This document shows positions 10,054 to 19,038 of a DNA stretch of 64,000 nt, piece after piece. Made by a program: the position numbers and the translations under genes. Origin of the DNA: Candidatus Obscuribacterales bacterium (GTDB taxonomy: Bacteria; Cyanobacteriota; Vampirovibrionia; Obscuribacterales; Obscuribacteraceae); the NCBI GenBank assembly GCA_019748395.1, contig JAIEPM010000047.1, forward strand, positions 15,084 to 79,083, written 5' to 3'. The notes beneath the pieces were generated by a model. It ran no database searches, was not told where the DNA came from, and worked only from the letters and a program-made list of their open reading frames with translations. The first letter of the stretch is position 1, and the number at the start of each line of letters is the position of its first letter.

Positions 10054-11391
10054 TTATTGCCCTTGTAACTGTTTCATCATTTTTTGCATTAGTTGCATTT
10101 GCTGCTGTAGATTCCCAGCACCATTATTGCCGCCTCCGCCATAGGGGTTGGCACCGCCCTGCATCAGGCTGCCGAAGGGATTGGCTGCTCCGTAAGGGTT
10201 TTGTGCAGGACTCGGGCTTGAGTTTCCGTAGGATCTGTCAAGTGTTCCATACAAAATATATTTCGTTTGCCAGTGTCCGTCGTTTCGGTAGTAAACGAAA
10301 GCTGCTTGTAAGTAAAGTTGATTGTTGCTTATTTTGGTAAATCGCAAAACGCTTTCAGAATAGCCTGTTTGGGTTTTGCCTGTACTGGGGTTTCTGTCGG
10401 TATCCCGGGTTACAACCTCTTGCTCAAGCACTCCTTTTGTGAGTTCTTTCAACTCATTTTTCATGAGCGTATTGCTTATCTGGTTTCCGGTTATGCCGAT
10501 TGTATTGGCACCAATCGGGGCTCCCAGATGCAGAGAGTAAGTTACCGGAACCTGCATGTTTGCGAGCATGGAGTTGTTGGCGCCGCCGAACATCGCTCCC
10601 ATTGGTGTTCCCTGCATGATCTTCATTTGATCTGCGGCGCTATCCATTGCCGTGAAGAAAACTTCGCATGGTTGCGCTGCAACGCGGTTGTTGGCCGTTT
10701 GATAGAAATTTACAGTCACCTGACCCTTGTTTCCGGGTCTCATCCAGCGCATTTCTTTTTCGGCTTCGGCACGGTCGAATTCAAAATAGCTCTTGTCGAA
10801 ATTGGCCGACCATAAGTTCATCGTGCCGGACCATGAGCCGCGATAGTCGACAGGGTAAGACTGAACAACAGCCTTTCCGGCTTCTATACTCGCAGAGGAC
10901 TTCAGCTTGCTGTCTAAACTGCTGTCGCGAATCGGTGTCATTGCCACCATCTTTAGTGGCAGCTTCGCTCCGACGCCGCTTGAAAGCTGTTCGATTCTTC
11001 CGTAGAGCTTTATCGGCTGCGCGGCTGGATGAGCCGGCGGTGCTGCTTTTGCTGTTTCTTTCGGCAATTCTGAACTGCTTTTGTGCAGCTCAGGCTCTTT
11101 ATTCACTTTTTCATGAACAGCTTCTTTGGGGGGAGTTTCGTTATGTGTTGGCGAGACTGCCGTTTCAGTAGATTCACCCGGACTGTTTTTGCTTTGCTCG
11201 GGAGAAGCAGCTGGAGAGCCTGCGGCTGTCTCGTTTGAACTTGAAGATCCGCTGCTGCCGCTTTGCGCTGCTGCCGATGTTCCGCTGCTGTTTGCTGCCG
11301 ACGGGTCATCTGCATAAGCCGTGCCTGTAGAGAGCAAAGCCGCGCTCAGTGCAAGAACGAGCCACTTGTCCTGCTCACCGCTAAAGAACAT
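10054..11391 (-). CDS. Secreted protein of unknown family, paralogue A (S/A/G/P-rich N-region, G/N/Q/M-rich tail)
   Basis: 445 aa with a signal-like N-terminus, then a low-complexity Ser/Ala/Pro linker. The conserved core is shared with 8665-9507. The C-terminal tail is NPYGAANPFGSLMQGGANPYGGGGNNGAGNLQQQMQLMQKMMKQLQGQ. Its ATG (11391-11389) directly abuts the stop of the upstream gene (11394-11392). Confidence 0.8.
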   Translation of the reverse strand: MFFSGEQDKWLVLALSAALLSTGTAYADDPSAANSSGTSAAAQSGSSGSSSSNETAAGSPAASPEQSKNSPGESTETAVSPTHNETPPKEAVHEKVNKEPELHKSSSELPKETAKAAPPAHPAAQPIKLYGRIEQLSSGVGAKLPLKMVAMTPIRDSSLDSKLKSSASIEAGKAVVQSYPVDYRGSWSGTMNLWSANFDKSYFEFDRAEAEKEMRWMRPGNKGQVTVNFYQTANNRVAAQPCEVFFTAMDSAADQMKIMQGTPMGAMFGGANNSMLANMQVPVTYSLHLGAPIGANTIGITGNQISNTLMKNELKELTKGVLEQEVVTRDTDRNPSTGKTQTGYSESVLRFTKISNNQLYLQAAFVYYRNDGHWQTKYILYGTLDRSYGNSSPSPAQNPYGAANPFGSLMQGGANPYGGGGNNGAGNLQQQMQLMQKMMKQLQGQ

Positions 11392-12309
11392 TTAGGGCTT
11401 CACCTCTATTTTGCCGGTGCCGTCTACTAGCTGCTGCAACTTCTTGAAATTGCCGTGCAGCTCAATAGTACCATTGCCTTCCACCGTGGCATTGCTCATT
11501 TCAGCCTTGCCTTTTTTGACTCGGATAGCAGCATTGCCCTGTCCTCTGATGCTGGCAACAAAGATCTTGGCGTCCAGTTCGCTTATTTCAGCCGCACCCT
11601 GTCCTCTGTTGTCAAAAGCTGCTTTGGCCAGAGATTCAAGCTTGCCGCTTGTCAGTGAACTGCTGCCCAGCATGGTGCATTCGACTGCACCGTCTTTCCA
11701 TGTGTCCAATGCAATTACGGATTTGCCGCCGCTGCCGATTTTTAAATCGCCTGTATAACTCTGAGGTACATTGATGACCAGCAGATCTTCACCGCTGCAG
11801 TTACAAGGAATGTCTGAGCCCTTCAATGGCTCAATCGCCTGTCCGCCTACTGTCACGCCGCTTGGACCCATGCTCAGCCCTTTCATCGGACCGGGTGGGA
11901 AGAGATAAACGTGTCCATTCACGATCGCTCTGGAGCCGAGATCATCGGCCAGCAAAGATGTGCCCTTTCTGACTTCTGCAAAGCCGGCCTGCCGAATCAT
12001 AGAACCCTTGACCCACCAGTTGCGCGGGCAGTTACTGAAAACTGTTATTTCGCTTATGCCAGCCACCCTCTTGATATGGACTTTGGCGCTTTCGGCAACA
12101 ACCGTTATATTTGCGGCGCTGCTCGGTATCGATGCGAAGCGGGCTGTAGTCTGATCGTTTTCAATGCCTGCGGAATTAAGTGTATTGGCGTTGGGATCGG
12201 ATTCCACCTTGTCTCCCCCTTTGGATGCAGTCGCTGCGCTGATGTAGCCAAGCACCAGAGACAGTGAAACAGCGGCTCCAAGAGCCAGGACTCTGTTTTT
12301 TATAAACAT
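11392..12309 (-). CDS. Secreted beta-helix-like repeat protein (tentatively DUF2807/GIN-like)
   Basis: Signal peptide MFIKNRVLALGAAVSLSLVLGYISAATA. The C-terminal half has repeated xGxGxxxI(x)V units: GSGGKSVIAL, RGQGAAEISEL, RGQGNAAIRV, EGNGTIELHG, DGTGKIEVKP. GGGAGA lies upstream of the ATG. Confidence 0.7.
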   Translation of the reverse strand: MFIKNRVLALGAAVSLSLVLGYISAATASKGGDKVESDPNANTLNSAGIENDQTTARFASIPSSAANITVVAESAKVHIKRVAGISEITVFSNCPRNWWVKGSMIRQAGFAEVRKGTSLLADDLGSRAIVNGHVYLFPPGPMKGLSMGPSGVTVGGQAIEPLKGSDIPCNCSGEDLLVINVPQSYTGDLKIGSGGKSVIALDTWKDGAVECTMLGSSSLTSGKLESLAKAAFDNRGQGAAEISELDAKIFVASIRGQGNAAIRVKKGKAEMSNATVEGNGTIELHGNFKKLQQLVDGTGKIEVKP

Positions 12310-12528
12310 TCGGAATTCTCCCGCCCGTGCCGGACTATAGACCTACCTAATCATAGCAGTATTGACGGCCGCCCCCGGCGGATGTGCCCGGTTGTCGGTG
12401 GGGCTGGCTGCCGACCGTTCACCGGGGCGGCGGAGAGGACTGTCGGGGTCTTGGTCGGAGCTCTATCTGGCTTGAGATCTCTTGATATGGTGAGAACGGA
12501 GCAATTTAGAGATTTACGCGAGAGCCCT

Positions 12529-13498
12529 TTAGGGTTTTACGGGAGAGCCATGAAGAACTTTTTCGATGCGCTCAAGGGCGGAGGCCGGCAGCGCGACGCC
12601 GCTGGCTTTTATGTTCTCTTCGATTTGTTTTGTGCTTGTGGCGCCGATGATTACGCTTGAAACGCTGGGCAGCCGTAAGCACCAGGCCAGTGCCAGCACC
12701 GGCATTGAAATACCGAGATCATTGGCAATCGGGATCAACTCTTGAACTTTGTAGAGTGTTTCGTCCGACAGCAAATCGCCGCGCAGCCAGTGACCTTCCT
12801 TTTCCAAACGGGCTCGAGAGCCTTCCGGATGCGGTTCTCCCGGTTTGTACTTGCCGGTGAGAGCGCCCTGAGCCAGCGGAGAGTAAACAAGCTGACCCAT
12901 GCCGTATTTTTCGGAGGCCGGCAGAATTTCCGGTTCGATGTTGCGGGCAAACATGTGATAGCAGGGTTGATTTGAAATCGGCGGCGCGGCGTTCATTTTG
13001 CGCGACAGTTCGCTCACTTCAATAATTTTGTCGGCCGGCCACTCACTGACACCCCAGTAAAGTATTTTTCCCTGTCTGGTCAGGATGTCCATGGTCATCA
13101 CCAGCTCTTCAAGTGGTGTTCCCGGGTCATAACGATGGCATTGATAAATGTCGATATAATCAGTATCGAGGCGTTTGAGGCTGGCATGACATTGTTCCAT
13201 TACATGCTTGCGTGAAAGTCCTCTGTCGTTAGGACCGCTGCCCATTTCGAAAAAAAACCTTGGTTGCAAGCACGAGCGATTCGCGGCGCAATGATTTCAC
13301 CGCTTTGCCGACCACCTCTTCAGACTTGCCCTGTGCGTAGACATTTGCAGTATCAATGAAATTTATGCCTTTCTCGTAAGCATAAAAAATCTGCTCGATG
13401 GAGTTGATTTCATCAACGTGTCCACCGTAAGTCAGCCAGCTGCCAATGCTGATTTCGCTGACTTTAATACCCCATTTGCCAATCTTCCTGTAACGCAC
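12529..13498 (-). pseudogene. Aldo/keto reductase (Kv-beta/YghZ-like) interrupted by a +1 frameshift in an A8 (T8 on coding strand) run
   Basis: Two overlapping ORFs in different frames, 13229-13498 and 12529-13269, together make a normal AKR. The upstream ORF ends ...LVLATKVFFRNGQRS*. The downstream frame reads ..FFFEMGSGPNDRGLSRKHVMEQCHASLKRLDTDYIDIYQCHRYD. Removing one A from 13250-13257 gives the canonical LVLATKVFFEMGSGPNDRGLSRKH. Confidence 0.85.
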
Positions 13499-13507
13499 GA
13501 AGCTACC

Positions 13508-14887
13508 TCACGAGACTGCGGCTTTGGTTTCCTTTTTCCAGACTGGTAGGAAACAAATGGAAATCATACCAGGTACGGTAATTAAGAAGCTCAGGAGGAA
13601 GAAGTTAGCATAACCAATTGCTTCATATACGTAACCGCTGGCCATGCCCGGTACCATCAAGCCAAGAGCCATCAAGGCCGTGGCGACGGCGTAATGCGCT
13701 GCCTTGTATTCCTGGCTGACCGTACTGAGCAGGAATACTGTGTAAGCCGCCATGCCGAAACCATAGCCGAATTGTTCAAGAGAGTTGACTACATAAATCC
13801 ATAATATGGATTGGGGATGGAAAACAGCCAGCAGCCAGTACAAAACTATGGTGCCGTTCATTACAAGCGTTGCCGGCCAGAACCAGCGCTTTAAGCCTTG
13901 CTTGCTTACAAGATATCCGCCTACGATTCCTCCTAACAAAAGGAATCCGACACCAACAGTGCCGTAGATCTGACCGACTGTTTGCACTGAAAGATTCATT
14001 CCGCCTTTGGCTATTGGATCTTGCAAGAAGGGCGGAATCATTTTCATGACCATGGCATCGCCGAGACGAAAAAGCAATATGTAGAAAACAATTGCAATTG
14101 CGCCCGGTTGTGCAAAGTAGGAGAGGATCGCGTTTAAATAATTGCGAGGTGGATGCTGTGTGCGAGAACTTGTGCTGCTGCCGTTGACGCCGTTGTTGCT
14201 GCCGTTGTTTGCGGCTGCGTCATCGCGACCGTTGCTTGCTTTTGAATCGGCAAGAGCAAGAGCCAGGGCTGCTGCCTGCGGGACTTCCTCTTGTTGCTCC
14301 TGCGATTTGTTTGGCAAGTAGAATGCATGTAAAACTGTTCCAAGCAGCATCACTGCTGCAATAACCAGAAAGGCCGTCATCCAGGCTAAACTCTTGCCGG
14401 TTTGGGCTGTGAGTGAGCCTGCCAGGCAGACCATGGCACCGCTTCCGAAGATCATCGATAAGCGAAATGCCGTGTTGCGAACGCCGACAAAAAGCGCTTG
14501 CTGTGAAGGTTCCAGTGCTTCCAGATAATAACCGTCGATTGATGCATCATGCGTTGCAGAAGCCAGGGCTGTTATAGCCAGGACAGCAATACCGAAATTG
14601 ACCGGGTCTGTCGAGATGCTGCTCAGTGCAAGTGCAATAAAAAGAATGGTGAGCACCACCTGTGCCACCACAATCCAGTGTTTCTTTCGTCCGAAAAAAT
14701 CAATTAGTGGAGCCCAGGCAAATTTGAGCATCCAGGGCAATTGCAGAGCGCTTGTCAAACCGATAAGCACATTGCTTGCACCGAGGTCCTTAAAATAAAC
14801 CGCCGACATCATCATCACGACGGTGTAAGGAAGCCCCTCCGCAAAGTATAGAGTTGGGATATACACCCAGGGACTGCGTTTTGCCAT
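13508..14887 (-). CDS. ampG: AmpG-like MFS (muropeptide-type) permease
   Basis: The N-terminal pattern YFAEGLPYTVV...LQLPWMLKFAWAPLIDFFGRKKHW matches the AmpG signature (G.P......lPy.lKflWaP.vD..grrr.W). About 12 to 14 hydrophobic segments, with a long Asn/Gly/Ser-rich central loop. I prefer the ATG at 14887; the track ORF starts at a TTG at 14911. Confidence 0.8.
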   Translation of the reverse strand: MAKRSPWVYIPTLYFAEGLPYTVVMMMSAVYFKDLGASNVLIGLTSALQLPWMLKFAWAPLIDFFGRKKHWIVVAQVVLTILFIALALSSISTDPVNFGIAVLAITALASATHDASIDGYYLEALEPSQQALFVGVRNTAFRLSMIFGSGAMVCLAGSLTAQTGKSLAWMTAFLVIAAVMLLGTVLHAFYLPNKSQEQQEEVPQAAALALALADSKASNGRDDAAANNGSNNGVNGSSTSSRTQHPPRNYLNAILSYFAQPGAIAIVFYILLFRLGDAMVMKMIPPFLQDPIAKGGMNLSVQTVGQIYGTVGVGFLLLGGIVGGYLVSKQGLKRWFWPATLVMNGTIVLYWLLAVFHPQSILWIYVVNSLEQFGYGFGMAAYTVFLLSTVSQEYKAAHYAVATALMALGLMVPGMASGYVYEAIGYANFFLLSFLITVPGMISICFLPVWKKETKAAVS

Positions 14888-15106
14888 AGAAATCACCAGC
14901 CAGCTTGCCAAGGCAATAGCTTAGCAAATTAGAGCGTCTTTTACTCCAATCAACCCCGCAAAACTTCCTCATTTTGAAAATGCAAGCAATCGCGCAGGGC
15001 ATCTGTAGGGGGGACGCCATGCGTCACTCTGCAAAAGTCTCTGGTCTAGTTGACCGTTCTTATCTGCTATTATCAGGACCTCAGGAATTCGGAGCGCATT
15101 TGAAAG

Positions 15107-16474
15107 ATGAGCTGTTCAGGAAAAAAACGCCTGTTTTTCCAGGCTAAATTCGGCTCTGCACTGACCGCTCTTGCGACGATGCTATGCTCGGTATCGCAAG
15201 CCGCGTTTTCCGAACAAGAGCTCAAAGGCGGCTCGGATGCAAACAGTGACTCCAAAACCAATTCTACGGACAACACAAAGATTGATTTTAGTTTGACTGA
15301 AGCTGCTGCAAACGAACTCACAATGAAGTTGAATGAGCTCGTGAGCAGCAAGTATTTTGACAAGGCTATTGTCGAGAAAACCTGGAATCCGGCATTTGCT
15401 GTTTACAAACCGGTTTTGCTAAGCCAGAGAAATCTGCTTCAATTTTCGAAAAAAGCAAACGAGTTGCTGGCTATCCTGCATACAAGCCACACCCAGTTTT
15501 TGACTCCTAATGACGAAGCCTTTTACTTCATGCGCAGTTTGTTCGGATCGTTCAATAAAGACGAGAAAGATCCACATAAGAACGATGCAGATTTCACCGG
15601 ATTGGGTGTCGGCGGTGCGCAGGCAGACTCAAATCAAGTTCGCTATGTTTTAGATGCCAGTCCGGCTGCTCTTGCCGGATTTAAGAGAGGCGACAAGATT
15701 CTTAGCGTAGATCGCAAGGCTTTTTCCGGATATGCCGACTGGTTTCAGCGATCCGGAAAAGTAACTGCAGTGGCAGTTGAAAGAGGCGGCAAAATCATTG
15801 AGCTGAAAATTACGCCCAAGAAGCAAGACTTTCTTGAAGGCTATGTTACTGCGACCGAACGAAGTGCGCGTGTGATCGAGAAAAACGGAAAGCGTATAGG
15901 CTATCTGCATTTCTGGAGCGGCGGCAATGGCAGTCATGATGCTCTGGAAGCTGCAATTTCAGAGAAATTTTCTGGCACAGACGCTCTGATTCTCGATCTG
16001 AGAGATGGTTATGGCGGCGCTTCTTTGGATGATCTGGATATTTTCTTTCGACCTAAATCTGCATTTCCGGACATTCGAACTTATGGACGTGGCGAATACA
16101 GATTTGAACGTTCTTATTACGATAAGCCTCTGGTTGCGCTTGTGAACGGCGGTGTTCGCAGCGGCAAAGAACTGCTGGCATATGGTTTGAAGCGCAGTCA
16201 TCGTGCTACGTTGATCGGGGTGCCAACTGCAGGTTTTGTCGTAGCAGGGCAGTTCAATCCGCTAACTAAGAATGCGATTCTTTATCTGGCGGTCTTGGAC
16301 ATAAAGCTCGATGGCTTGCGTTTAGAAGGTAAGGGCGTCGCTCCCGATATCCTGCTTGAAGATAAATTGGGAGCCGATGATCCGCTTCTGAATCGCGCAC
16401 TCGCCTTTCTTTCTTCTCAAGTTAAAACAAGCTCCGCGCCTGCTCTTCGACCGCGACCTTCCAAACGGCACTGA
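15107..16474 (+). CDS. S41-family (tail-specific/C-terminal processing type) peptidase with PDZ-like domain
   Basis: Signal peptide, then PDZ-like GVGG...VLDASPAALAGFKRGDKILSVD. The S41 core follows: DALILDLRDGYGGAS, LVALVNGGVRSGKELLAYGLK, LIGVPTAG. Confidence 0.8.
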   Translation: MSCSGKKRLFFQAKFGSALTALATMLCSVSQAAFSEQELKGGSDANSDSKTNSTDNTKIDFSLTEAAANELTMKLNELVSSKYFDKAIVEKTWNPAFAVYKPVLLSQRNLLQFSKKANELLAILHTSHTQFLTPNDEAFYFMRSLFGSFNKDEKDPHKNDADFTGLGVGGAQADSNQVRYVLDASPAALAGFKRGDKILSVDRKAFSGYADWFQRSGKVTAVAVERGGKIIELKITPKKQDFLEGYVTATERSARVIEKNGKRIGYLHFWSGGNGSHDALEAAISEKFSGTDALILDLRDGYGGASLDDLDIFFRPKSAFPDIRTYGRGEYRFERSYYDKPLVALVNGGVRSGKELLAYGLKRSHRATLIGVPTAGFVVAGQFNPLTKNAILYLAVLDIKLDGLRLEGKGVAPDILLEDKLGADDPLLNRALAFLSSQVKTSSAPALRPRPSKRH

Positions 16475-16688
16475 AAAGGAAAATAGTGAGGATGGTCTGA
16501 GAAGCCGGCTGGAAGCCGGCGCTGCCGGGCTAGAGTGAGTGTTTGATGTCAAGAAGGGGCGGGGATTCAGGGCTTTGTCTGCTGTTTGTAATTGGCTTTC
16601 TCTAAGCGGATATAAATAGAAGTAGAAAATTCGAGCTGATCGCCGCTAACTCGGCGAAAATCTTTTTGTACCGTTCCAGGAGAGTAAG

Positions 16689-18965
16689 ATGAGCCAGTTG
16701 AAACTTGAGGATATCAAGAAGCTTTATGAAAGCGCGCCGTCAAAACTAGAGAAGGCGCGGAAGTCACTCGGGCGTGGACTCACCCTGGCTGAAAAGATTT
16801 TGTATGCTCATCTTGATGACACAAATGAGAAGCCGGTTCGTGGCGAATCAGTGGTTATGCTCAAGCCCGATCGCGTAGCCATGCAAGACGCAACAGCTCA
16901 AATGGCTTTATTGCAGTTCATTCAAGGTGGATTCAAAACAGTTGCAGTTCCTTCGACTGTTCATTGCGATCACTTGATTCAAGCTCGTCGCGGCGCAGCT
17001 GAAGACATGAAAGTTGCTCTAGATGAAAACAAAGAAGTCTATGAGTTTCTGCGCACTGCAAGTGCCAGACACGGCATCGGTTTCTGGAAACCGGGCTCGG
17101 GCATCATTCACCAGGTTGTTCTGGAAAATTACGCATGTCCCGGCACACTCATGATCGGTACCGATTCGCACACCCCCAACGCAGGCGGTCTGGGGATGCT
17201 GGCTATCGGCGTCGGTGGCGCCGACGCTGTAGATGTGATGGCCGGCGAAGGTTGGGGCTTGAAGTGGCCTAAGCTCATCGGTGTTAAGCTGACAGGCAGC
17301 CTCAAAGGTTGGACGGCACCCAAGGATGTAATTCTCAAGCTGGCAGGATTGCTGACGGTTAAGGGCGGAACCAACGCTATTATTGAATACTTCGGACCGG
17401 GCACCAGATCAATCAGTTGCACAGGGAAAGCTACGATCACCAACATGGGTGCCGAGCTTGGTGCCACCACTTCCGTCTTCCCCTTCGACGAGCGCATGGT
17501 CACTTATCTTCAGGCAACGGATCGCGCTGATATCGCTAAACTTGCTCAGGATCACAAAGATTACCTGGTGGCTGATTCGGAAGTCGAACAAAATCCGGAG
17601 AAGTATTTCGATCAAGTAGTCCATATAGATCTCGATACGCTTGAACCGCATGTAGTCGGTCCGCACAGCCCCGACCTGGCAAGACCTATTTCCCAGATGG
17701 CCAAAGATGTAAAAGAAAATGGCTATCCGGATGAGTTGAAATACGGTTTGATTGGCAGCTGCACAAACTCTTCTTATGAAGATATGGGACGCGCTGCAGA
17801 CCTGGCTAAACAAGCTGCTAAAGCCGGTATCAAGGCTAAAATGGGACTGATGGTCTCTCCCGGCTCAGACCAGATTTACGAGACTATTAAGCGCGACGGT
17901 CAGATGGAAGCTCTTGAAGCAATCGGAGCTACTGTTCTGGCTAATGCTTGCGGACCCTGTATTGGTCAATGGAAGCGTGACGATATCAAAACCGGCGACA
18001 AAAACTCAATTGTTTCGTCTTTCAACCGCAACTTCAGTGCTCGTAACGATGGCAATCCCGAAACACTGTCCTTTATCACCAGCCCTGAACTGGTAATTGC
18101 TTTTGCACTTGCCGGAAAGCTTTCGTTCAATCCTTTGACTGATAGCATCAAAACCGATAAAGGCGAAATTAAACTGGAAGCACCGGCGGTGGCACCTGAA
18201 ATTCCGGCCAAGGGATTTATCAGCCGTCTTGAAGGATTCATTCAAGCACCGGCCGACGGCAGCAAAGTTGAAGTCAGCGTCAATCCTGCAAGTGAAAGAT
18301 TGGCTTTGCTTGAACCTTTTAAAGCCTGGGACGGTAAGGACTATACAGAACTTGCCGTTCTCATGAAAGCCGAAGGAAAGTGCACCACAGATCATATTTC
18401 GCCGGCCGGAAAATGGTTGCGCTTCCGCGGACATATTGATCGAATCAGCGACAACATGTTCACCGGAGCACTCAACGCCTTTACCCACAAGAACGGTGAA
18501 GGTCTGAATGTTCTTGACGGCAGCACCGGCACATATCCGCAAGTTGCCCGCGACTACAAGAAGAATGGTCTTGGTTGGATAGCCGTCGGCGATCAAAACT
18601 ACGGTGAAGGCTCCAGTCGCGAACACGCCGCTATGTCGCCGAGATATCTTGGTTGCAAGGCTGTTATTGTACGCAGCTTCGCTCGAATTCACGAAACTAA
18701 CTTGAAGAAGCAGGGCATTCTGCCTTTCACTTTCGAAAATCCTGATGATTACAACAAAATCCAGGAGAAAGATCGTGTAACTTTGATCGGCTTGAATCAA
18801 CTCAAGCCCGGTCAGAATGTGGAAGCGAAGTTGAAGCACGCCGATGGCAGTGAAGATACAATCAGTCTGAAGCACAGTCTGACTCACGAACAAATTGAAT
18901 GGTTCAAAGCCGGTTCAGCTCTCAATCTAATTCGCATGCGCCGCGAAGGTGTCTTGAGCAAGTAA
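16689..18965 (+). CDS. acn: Aconitate hydratase (about 758-aa, mitochondrial-type length class)
   Basis: AGGAGAG lies upstream of the ATG. Hallmark motifs are present: GTDSHTPNAGGLG, GSCTNSSYEDM, NACGPCIGQW, DQNYGEGSSREHAA. Confidence 0.95.
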   Translation: MSQLKLEDIKKLYESAPSKLEKARKSLGRGLTLAEKILYAHLDDTNEKPVRGESVVMLKPDRVAMQDATAQMALLQFIQGGFKTVAVPSTVHCDHLIQARRGAAEDMKVALDENKEVYEFLRTASARHGIGFWKPGSGIIHQVVLENYACPGTLMIGTDSHTPNAGGLGMLAIGVGGADAVDVMAGEGWGLKWPKLIGVKLTGSLKGWTAPKDVILKLAGLLTVKGGTNAIIEYFGPGTRSISCTGKATITNMGAELGATTSVFPFDERMVTYLQATDRADIAKLAQDHKDYLVADSEVEQNPEKYFDQVVHIDLDTLEPHVVGPHSPDLARPISQMAKDVKENGYPDELKYGLIGSCTNSSYEDMGRAADLAKQAAKAGIKAKMGLMVSPGSDQIYETIKRDGQMEALEAIGATVLANACGPCIGQWKRDDIKTGDKNSIVSSFNRNFSARNDGNPETLSFITSPELVIAFALAGKLSFNPLTDSIKTDKGEIKLEAPAVAPEIPAKGFISRLEGFIQAPADGSKVEVSVNPASERLALLEPFKAWDGKDYTELAVLMKAEGKCTTDHISPAGKWLRFRGHIDRISDNMFTGALNAFTHKNGEGLNVLDGSTGTYPQVARDYKKNGLGWIAVGDQNYGEGSSREHAAMSPRYLGCKAVIVRSFARIHETNLKKQGILPFTFENPDDYNKIQEKDRVTLIGLNQLKPGQNVEAKLKHADGSEDTISLKHSLTHEQIEWFKAGSALNLIRMRREGVLSK

Positions 18966-18990
18966 GCGGATTGAGGTAGTTAAAGCAGAG

Positions 18991-19024
18991 GAGCCCGACC
19001 GGATTATGGTCGGGCTCTATCTCT
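18991..19024. terminator. Hairpin terminator between convergent genes
   Basis: GAGCCCGACC (18991-19000) pairs with GGTCGGGCTC (19008-19017) around a 7-nt loop, followed by TATCTCTT. It lies between the acn stop (18965) and the stop of the minus-strand gene at 19039. Confidence 0.6.
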
Positions 19025-19038
19025 TAGCGGTTATCGGC

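Noticed and set aside
10318-11317. Plus-strand ORFs (165, 167 and 63 aa) antisense to paralogue A.
   Set aside because: These are shadow ORFs. The minus-strand product is supported by its paralogy to 8665-9507.
12382-12660. 92-aa plus-strand ORF starting in the GC-rich island.
   Set aside because: It is an open frame caused by high GC and it overlaps the AKR 3' end. Its Gly/Ala/Arg-rich product has no SD and no motif.
17129-18893. Long antisense ORFs inside the aconitase gene (17129-17503, 17409-17813, 17966-18241 and the 295-aa ORF 18006-18893).
   Set aside because: The plus strand encodes a full-length aconitase with all Fe-S and substrate motifs. The antisense products are of unusual composition with no recognisable motifs. 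These are typical shadow ORFs.
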